This document shows positions 25,653 through 30,802 of a stretch of DNA of 30,802 bases, piece by piece. Below the pieces are notes generated by a model. That model was not told the origin of the DNA. It did no database searches and saw only the letters and a program-made list of their open reading frames with translations. Source of the stretch: a virus (Duplodnaviria; Caudoviricetes); the IMG/VR virus record IMGVR_UViG_3300020464_000016, positions 1-30,802 of that record; one strand, 5' to 3'. Position numbers and translations under genes: made by a program. How positions within the stretch are numbered: position 1 is the stretch's first letter; every line of letters begins with the position of its first letter.

Positions 25653-28000
25653 TAGCAGAAAAAATAAGTAGAGTTAGTCACCATCTCGGGTTCAAGATCC
25701 CCGATCATAGGCGGTTCAGTTTCAGCGCCGATAGAATCAGCAAACTGTTTCAGGATTTCATGCTCTGCAAATAAGTGCAGGTAAGTTTCTCTGACGACGG
25801 ATGATAGAGAATCCATGTCGCCAGCGCGGCATAAAACCGAATCGTGTATGACGGCCAACGGGCCGTGAAAGCGGAGTGCAGAAATGTGGAGTAAGCTTGC
25901 ATCAAGTGAATGTACTAAATTAGGTGCAGTTGCATTTTTATGATGTTTAATATCAACTTCGTCGCCTTGTTTAGCCACACTTACTTGACATCGACCCAGT
26001 AACTGGAGCGACAGTCTTTCAACTTCAAGCTTATTGAGTTTTTGGTGGACGATAAAACCAGAGGGTGTTTTCCATTGAAGGAATCGATCCCCTCTCTTGA
26101 TTGATTTAGCGACCTCCTCCTCAATCCATTTCATTACTGACATAGGACCAGGAAAGACCTTGTTCATGGCATCACGAACAGCAGTAACAATCTGTGTTAG
26201 CTCATCCTTATTCACTTCAACGTCAATCTCAGTAAAAGCATCACGTATGTACTGACGGTTTGAATAAGGTTTAGCGTTATAACAAATTGTCATAACCGAT
26301 CGTTTGGTTTTTTTACGATCCCAGTAAGGTCTCAATCGTTCCGGGATCTGATCAACACTGGCTTCAGCGATAGCCTTGTAGGCATCCTGTGGCCTGTCAC
26401 TAGGTAGGACATTAACCATCCGAGCTGTTGAGGCATCTTTTGCAAGACCTGCCAGGATTTGTAACCCTGAGCATGTTGCATCGACAGCAATTGGTAAGCG
26501 AGTGTAGTGCCTAGAACAATCAATAAAACAAGCATAGTAATCTTCACATGCAGCTAAGAAACACCACGGTTCAGAGACCTCCTCCCAATCGCCAATGTTA
26601 CCAATTGGATCAGTAGCAACCCGCGTAATTAACGCGTGATTGTGAGTAACCCAATCGTGACGATCAGCAAGAGTAGCCTTGTCCAGACCATAAGTAGTAG
26701 CTACTTGAAACGACAACCATTTCTCATCTTCAGGGAATACAAAGGAAGCATCCGCAAAGCTAAGTAATGATTTACCAAAGTCTGTATCTTGTGGTGTGAG
26801 AAATGCAGGTATTGGATACACCCTTCCGCGGTAATCGTACGACCACGGCAGGTAGAATCGTTCCCGATCCTTGAATCTCCTAACAGCCTCCATCGTCATA
26901 CGAGTACGACAACTCCTGCGAAAGGCTTGACTATTTACATTGTTAACGACAGCAGCCTTGCGCCTGTAGGAGTGCCGAGACTCTTTGTTCTCTGCAATAT
27001 CTACAGGTTTAGGAGGTAGTGGCATCTCAGTAATAGGAATAAACTTCCCCACCTTAATCCCACTCTTCTCTAACTGTTCAGCTACTTCTACAATAAAGGG
27101 GTTTAACCTGTATCCTACTTTCTGGATACGGTTAAGAAACTCGTAGATTTCCTCCCCCTGTAATAGGGAGCTGTTACCCCGGCGGACCATATCGTGACCC
27201 TGCATAACCTCATTCAGTACGTAGCCGCCTTGTGTATCAGGCGACCAATCCTTTGGAGGTGTGACCATTGGCCACGCAAGCGGACTAAATAATTCGCAGT
27301 CATGCATGATGGTATCTTTCATGCGAGTGAACTCATCTGTAATGACTACAAAGTTTTCAGTCTTACGTCCGCGACGTTGGGATTCGATCGTAAACCACCC
27401 TGTTCCTTTGATAACTTGTTCAAGTAACCAGTTACCAATCTTTATGTTGTGGTTTGTGGACCATGATTCCCACGCTGGTACATCAGCATTGTTCATAGCT
27501 TGTCGGGTATTCTTCAGCTTTTGCTGTGTACCCATACCGCTATGTCCCTTCCAGTACTTCTTCTTGAGATACTCAAGTAAACCTGGTGCTTCTGTTTCAT
27601 AGTGTCGCATCTGACACTCATCCTGTACGGCTCTACCAATTGCAGCATTTACTGTTGCAAGTAGTGAGTTGCGAGGTTTTGGTGAACATACCTTATCGAC
27701 TGTGACCTTGAGCGCAATGGACGCTAGAGCCAGTGATTCGATGTCATCAGTATGTTTCCTTATCTCACGGAACGCAGGCCCGTTCTGGCCTCTTGCAAGG
27801 CGGTTTCGTGTGTCATTTATACAGTTGATGACAGATGGTAGTTTAGCTTGGATGCCATACGTTCCATACTCTGATGCACTAGCGTAATCTTTTTGCTCTA
27901 GTTTCTTGGTATTGGATTGTAGTTTATCCAGCCCTTTGCGTATCTGTTCACGCTCAAGGGCGATCTGTTCAGCAATTAACAGTTCAGCTGGATCGGGCAT
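25652..28000 (-). CDS. gp1: Single-subunit DNA-directed RNA polymerase
   Basis: 'DYRGRVY', motif A 'DATCSGLQ', motif B 'RKKTKRSVMTICY', 'APNLVHSLDA', motif C 'IHDS'. Confidence 0.98.
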   Translation of the reverse strand: MPDPAELLIAEQIALEREQIRKGLDKLQSNTKKLEQKDYASASEYGTYGIQAKLPSVINCINDTRNRLARGQNGPAFREIRKHTDDIESLALASIALKVTVDKVCSPKPRNSLLATVNAAIGRAVQDECQMRHYETEAPGLLEYLKKKYWKGHSGMGTQQKLKNTRQAMNNADVPAWESWSTNHNIKIGNWLLEQVIKGTGWFTIESQRRGRKTENFVVITDEFTRMKDTIMHDCELFSPLAWPMVTPPKDWSPDTQGGYVLNEVMQGHDMVRRGNSSLLQGEEIYEFLNRIQKVGYRLNPFIVEVAEQLEKSGIKVGKFIPITEMPLPPKPVDIAENKESRHSYRRKAAVVNNVNSQAFRRSCRTRMTMEAVRRFKDRERFYLPWSYDYRGRVYPIPAFLTPQDTDFGKSLLSFADASFVFPEDEKWLSFQVATTYGLDKATLADRHDWVTHNHALITRVATDPIGNIGDWEEVSEPWCFLAACEDYYACFIDCSRHYTRLPIAVDATCSGLQILAGLAKDASTARMVNVLPSDRPQDAYKAIAEASVDQIPERLRPYWDRKKTKRSVMTICYNAKPYSNRQYIRDAFTEIDVEVNKDELTQIVTAVRDAMNKVFPGPMSVMKWIEEEVAKSIKRGDRFLQWKTPSGFIVHQKLNKLEVERLSLQLLGRCQVSVAKQGDEVDIKHHKNATAPNLVHSLDASLLHISALRFHGPLAVIHDSVLCRAGDMDSLSSVVRETYLHLFAEHEILKQFADSIGAETEPPMIGDLEPEMVTNSTYFFC

Positions 28001-28124
28001 ACGCGGTTGAGATGTCGTCTTTGAGTTGGTCCTGCATCAGTTGCAGCAGTTCAGCCTTGTGATTGTGGTGGTTAATCTCAGTGATAAGATTACTTATCCG
28101 TCGATTGAATGTCTTCGGTTTCAT
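27984..28124 (-). CDS. Hypothetical protein (46 aa)
   Basis: Likely start MKPKTFNRR at 28124; bridges the upstream gene and RNAP. Confidence 0.55.
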   Translation of the reverse strand: MKPKTFNRRISNLITEINHHNHKAELLQLMQDQLKDDISTAYARSS

Positions 28125-28434
28125 CGTCGAGTTCTTCAGGGTAGAAATAGTGGATAGATTCATGATCAGCAACTGTGAATTCAACATTCTTTTCGCCGCT
28201 AAATAGTTTTTGTATTTTCTTTTTGGCTGCAGATGGACTGCGGTAGACATACTCTTTGACCTTAGATGTGTCTACATCTTGCACTCGTATCATACAGCAC
28301 ACAGTTTGTGGTAGTTCCCAACCTGCTACTTTCCATTCCATGATCTCATCATACGAATGTTGTACAAAGAAATCATCGGGTGCTTTCTTGTATAGCTCCC
28401 AGTTGTTGTCAAAGTAGGGTTGTTTTTTAGGCAT
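28090..28434 (-). CDS. Conserved cyanopodovirus hypothetical protein (114 aa)
   Basis: 'YFDNNWE...MEWKVAGWELP...KVKEYVY' is recalled from genes upstream of RNAP in related phages. Confidence 0.75.
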   Translation of the reverse strand: MPKKQPYFDNNWELYKKAPDDFFVQHSYDEIMEWKVAGWELPQTVCCMIRVQDVDTSKVKEYVYRSPSAAKKKIQKLFSGEKNVEFTVADHESIHYFYPEELDDETEDIQSTDK

Positions 28435-28609
28435 CTTTGGTTACATTGAGTAAAGGTTTCTTAAGCTGTCTAGATAAGTGATAGGCTTGCCATGCAGCTT
28501 CCTCATCATCATATGCTAATACATACTTATGTACTTGATCAGTTAGTGTTGCACGATAGACGTGTAATGACCTTCGGCCTTGTGATAGTGACATAGTTGC
28601 AGTAGTCAT
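28427..28609 (-). CDS. Hypothetical protein (60 aa)
   Basis: ATGA-coupled to the upstream ORF and overlapping the downstream start. Confidence 0.6.
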   Translation of the reverse strand: MTTATMSLSQGRRSLHVYRATLTDQVHKYVLAYDDEEAAWQAYHLSRQLKKPLLNVTKDA

Positions 28610-28779
28610 AAAGAATAAACGTAGTCAAAGTAAGCATTTGGATACTGCTCGCTGTATTTATCAACGAGTTTTTGTGCAGCATTTTCACAAGAACAAACTG
28701 TCATTGTACGTGTGGCTAGTGTATCCCAGCACATCATACGCACACGATAGTTTGTTCCCCGGTGATCAGGATTCAGCAT
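28606..28779 (-). CDS. Hypothetical protein (57 aa)
   Basis: Manual translation MLNPDHRGTNYRVRMMCWDTLATRTMTVCSCENAAQKLVDKYSEQYPNAYFDYVYSL fills the gap; its stop overlaps the next ATG. Confidence 0.6.
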   Translation of the reverse strand: MLNPDHRGTNYRVRMMCWDTLATRTMTVCSCENAAQKLVDKYSEQYPNAYFDYVYSL

Positions 28780-29062
28780 TAAAGTAATCGTAGAGTTTGG
28801 TCATAGATTCTTTGAGAAGATCGGTTGAATGCTCATTGAGTTTGGTGATTGCTCCCTTCTTATTGAGCTGATCGTTGGGCATGAGATAACAGCATACAAA
28901 GTTACGCATGAATCGAACAACTGTCTCAGGTGTACACCCAACCGTCAGTTCGTCATTGTAATTGTTGCTCGTGTCCATGTCAAACCACAGCTCATCGCTG
29001 AAGTCAAAGTAGCCCATGTTCTGGACAGTAGCATGAACTTTAAGGGTGGTGGATGTTTCCAT
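28766..29062 (-). CDS. Hypothetical early protein (98 aa)
   Basis: TAATG-coupled ORF in the early cluster. Confidence 0.65.
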   Translation of the reverse strand: METSTTLKVHATVQNMGYFDFSDELWFDMDTSNNYNDELTVGCTPETVVRFMRNFVCCYLMPNDQLNKKGAITKLNEHSTDLLKESMTKLYDYFNAES

Positions 29063-29235
29063 TAAATGTCGTCGGAGTAGATTTTGTGCAGTTCTTCCCT
29101 GTATTCAAAGGGAAAATCGTATTGAAGATCGGAGTAATACTCTGTCAAGTCTGCCAAAGTATAGCGCCGGCACTCGTCATCGCTGAGCATGTCAGTGATA
29201 CGTTGTGCTAGCTCTTCTGGTTCGATGTCACGCAT
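29062..29235 (-). CDS. Hypothetical acidic early protein (about 57 aa)
   Basis: Likely start MRDIE at 29235, overlapping the upstream stop. Confidence 0.6.
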   Translation of the reverse strand: MRDIEPEELAQRITDMLSDDECRRYTLADLTEYYSDLQYDFPFEYREELHKIYSDDI

Positions 29236-29596
29236 TGCGGAAGAAGAAGTTGTCATTGATAGTATCGTAATCGTAAGTCACCAGACGATCCCATACATCC
29301 TGCCAGTCGATGAAGTTGTACAGTGGATGGTCCTCGCTGATGTAACAAGCACAGTCTACCATGAGTTGCTCGGCAAAGTCAGCACATGGGTGCCAGCCGT
29401 CGAAGTGTCCCTCGTAGCGGTCCTCAAAGTCCTCCTTTGACTCAATGCCAATATCGGACAGTTCATCCAACAAACGCTGCTCATCTTCGGGTTCGTCGAA
29501 GTACTCAGCGAATGCGTTTGCAGTGTAGTCTGCAATGTAGTCAAGCATTTCCTCTTGATCTTTGGTGAACACGGTATTTACGTTGCAAGTGGTCAT
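29228..29596 (-). CDS. ArdA-like acidic antirestriction / DNA-mimic protein
   Basis: 32 Asp/Glu versus 6 Lys/Arg in 122 aa; 'DFEDRYEGHFD...DFAEQLM...LYNFIDWQDVWDRL..DY...FFFRN' parallels the ArdA C-terminal region. Confidence 0.65.
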   Translation of the reverse strand: MTTCNVNTVFTKDQEEMLDYIADYTANAFAEYFDEPEDEQRLLDELSDIGIESKEDFEDRYEGHFDGWHPCADFAEQLMVDCACYISEDHPLYNFIDWQDVWDRLVTYDYDTINDNFFFRNA

Positions 29597-29651
29597 GATC
29601 GGCCTTGTGGATGGTGTGATGATAGTGAAGATAAAAAGAATTACACACCAC

Positions 29652-29739
29652 TGTGTAATAATAATTAATCAGTGTTGTTTAATAAGAATCAAACAGTACT
29701 GTATAATTAGAATTAGTTAGTGTTGTGTAATAATAATTA
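29652..29739. repeat. 16-bp direct repeat TGTGTAATAATAATTA (2 copies) in an AT-rich intergenic region
   Basis: Exact copies at 29652-29667 and 29724-29739. Confidence 0.8.
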
Positions 29740-29850
29740 TTTAGAGTAGTAGCGATAACTAATACGATTGGCACGTTGATATGTTACAGCAGTGCTGAAT
29801 AGACCAATCATACCAATGACTGCAAGAATAATAGTTGACTCAGTGATCAT
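29737..29850 (-). CDS. Single-pass membrane microprotein (37 aa)
   Basis: Manual translation MITESTIILAVIGMIGLFSTAVTYQRANRISYRYYSK: hydrophobic helix followed by a basic tail. Confidence 0.55.
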   Translation of the reverse strand: MITESTIILAVIGMIGLFSTAVTYQRANRISYRYYSK

Positions 29851-29946
29851 AAGAATTAGATAGTAGTGAGAGAAAGAAATAGTAATGGTTATTATGATTA
29901 AGTAGATGCGCTACGTTTAGCCATCTATACATCTCGTGCGTAGGCA

Positions 29947-30195
29947 TTAGTAACCCAACCACTCGAGCATGTGTAATGCGTTGTGTTGTGGGTTACCATC
30001 GCGCAGGTACTCGAGTTCATTACTACCATGGTCGCGCATTAGTTTAATGCTAGCCCATTTAGGAATAGTACCATCGAGTTTCGCAAGAGATAATACATCG
30101 CACACGTAGCCATTTGTATACTCATCGTTATCATAATGGTCGTGGAAGTAATCCCAAAGACGCTCGGTAACGTTGGATTCAGTGATGTTAATCAT
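29947..30195 (-). CDS. Hypothetical early protein (82 aa)
   Basis: ORF in the early cluster, ending 'LEWLGY'. Confidence 0.65.
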   Translation of the reverse strand: MINITESNVTERLWDYFHDHYDNDEYTNGYVCDVLSLAKLDGTIPKWASIKLMRDHGSNELEYLRDGNPQHNALHMLEWLGY

Positions 30196-30197
30196 GA

Positions 30198-30359
30198 TTA
30201 GTATGCAGGTTGGATACGGTACTCGTAAGAGTTGAACTGGAAGTAGTCGCGATAGAATTGTAATCGCTCACAAGCCTCATAGTATGTAACTGGATACGGT
30301 GTTAATGTATACCAACTACCGTTGAGTTTGTGTTGGAGTGTGTGCAATGGATGACGCAT
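30198..30359 (-). CDS. Hypothetical early protein (53 aa)
   Basis: Manual translation MRHPLHTLQHKLNGSWYTLTPYPVTYYEACERLQFYRDYFQFNSYEYRIQPAY ends 2 nt before the next ATG. Confidence 0.55.
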   Translation of the reverse strand: MRHPLHTLQHKLNGSWYTLTPYPVTYYEACERLQFYRDYFQFNSYEYRIQPAY

Positions 30360-30398
30360 ATTCTATAATTAAATGGATCGTTGAGAATAAACCAGGGA

Positions 30399-30572
30399 TC
30401 AGAACATAGCAGGCTCGCTAACAGTGTCCCAAGAAGTTTGTGGTTTGTTAAGAACAATCGCATTAGTATCAGCAGTCAACTTACCCTCGCCAGTAACAGC
30501 GTCAAGAATCTTGAGGATCTCGGCGCCAGTCTTGCCACGCTTGAGCAGTTCGACCATGAGTTTAGTAGACAT
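30399..30572 (-). CDS. Hypothetical early protein (57 aa), first gene after the promoters
   Basis: Manual translation MSTKLMVELLKRGKTGAEILKILDAVTGEGKLTADTNAIVLNKPQTSWDTVSEPAMF, directly downstream of a sigma70 promoter. Confidence 0.65.
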   Translation of the reverse strand: MSTKLMVELLKRGKTGAEILKILDAVTGEGKLTADTNAIVLNKPQTSWDTVSEPAMF

Positions 30573-30598
30573 GAAGTGTTGTTTGAGTTGATGTGTAC

Positions 30599-30627
30599 AA
30601 ATTACAGGATCGGAGCGTGAATGTCAA
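30599..30627 (-). promoter_or_regulatory. Host sigma70-type early promoter
   Basis: Perfect -35 TTGACA (30622-30627), 17-bp spacer, -10 TAATTT (30599-30604). Confidence 0.75.
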
Positions 30628-30692
30628 GGGTTGCCGACCAGTTGCTTGATTGGCTGAGTGATGTTGGACTCATCTCCCTCACCTGTGTACAC

Positions 30693-30750
30693 AGTATAGC
30701 CTGAATGGAGCGGCGTGCTCATTTATTGTGCCACTTGCACAGGTGTCACA
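30693..30750 (-). promoter_or_regulatory. Second early promoter: -10 TATACT with an upstream imperfect palindrome
   Basis: TATACT at 30693-30698; inverted repeat TGTGACACCTG-TG-CAAGTGGCACA at 30727-30750 (9/11 arm match); no clear -35. Confidence 0.55.
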
Positions 30751-30802
30751 TCAGTGTTACTAACTCATCGTTGGTCCAATGTATATTATTACCGTGTGTG
30801 AT

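Noticed and set aside
29840-29947. 35-codon minus-strand ORF MPTHEMYRW... with TAATG coupling
   Set aside because: Short, low-complexity and with no recognisable features; insufficient support.
30211-30300. 10-bp repeat TGGATACGGT (2 copies)
   Set aside because: Short, inside an ORF in different frames; compatible with chance.
157-30620. All other plus-strand ORFs and nested alternative-frame minus-strand ORFs in the track
   Set aside because: They lie within or opposite well-supported genes of a unidirectional T7-like genome and lack motifs. Only the nblA-like overlap was retained.
27984-30802. Integrase, tRNA or attachment site, as in some cyanopodoviruses
   Set aside because: No tyrosine recombinase motifs or tRNA cloverleaf seen in the window.

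Overview
This is most of the genome of a T7-like marine cyanopodovirus (Autographiviridae-type, psbA/hli-carrying, host probably Synechococcus). Essentially all real genes lie on the minus strand. In transcription order (right to left) the window contains: tandem host-type early promoters; small early genes, including an acidic ArdA-like protein; single-subunit RNA polymerase; SSB; endonuclease; primase/helicase; a family A DNA polymerase split into two overlapping out-of-frame ORFs; 5'-3' exonuclease; an overprinted nblA-like gene; DUF3310; a MazG-like NTP pyrophosphatase; a minimal class I RNR alpha/beta pair; portal; scaffold; an accessory island (psbA, hli, two basic microproteins, an outer-membrane beta-barrel, a glutamine-riboswitch-like RNA with a DUF4278 peptide, a lysozyme-like protein); major capsid and terminator; tail tubular A; a greatly enlarged tail tubular B; and internal virion proteins, with gp16 truncated at the window edge. 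The most striking observation is that the two halves of a Downstream-peptide (glutamine-II) riboswitch-like aptamer are separated by an entire 60-codon ORF, and that ORF's start and end base-pair to form the aptamer's variable stem. All family assignments come from motif recognition and synteny, not from database searches.
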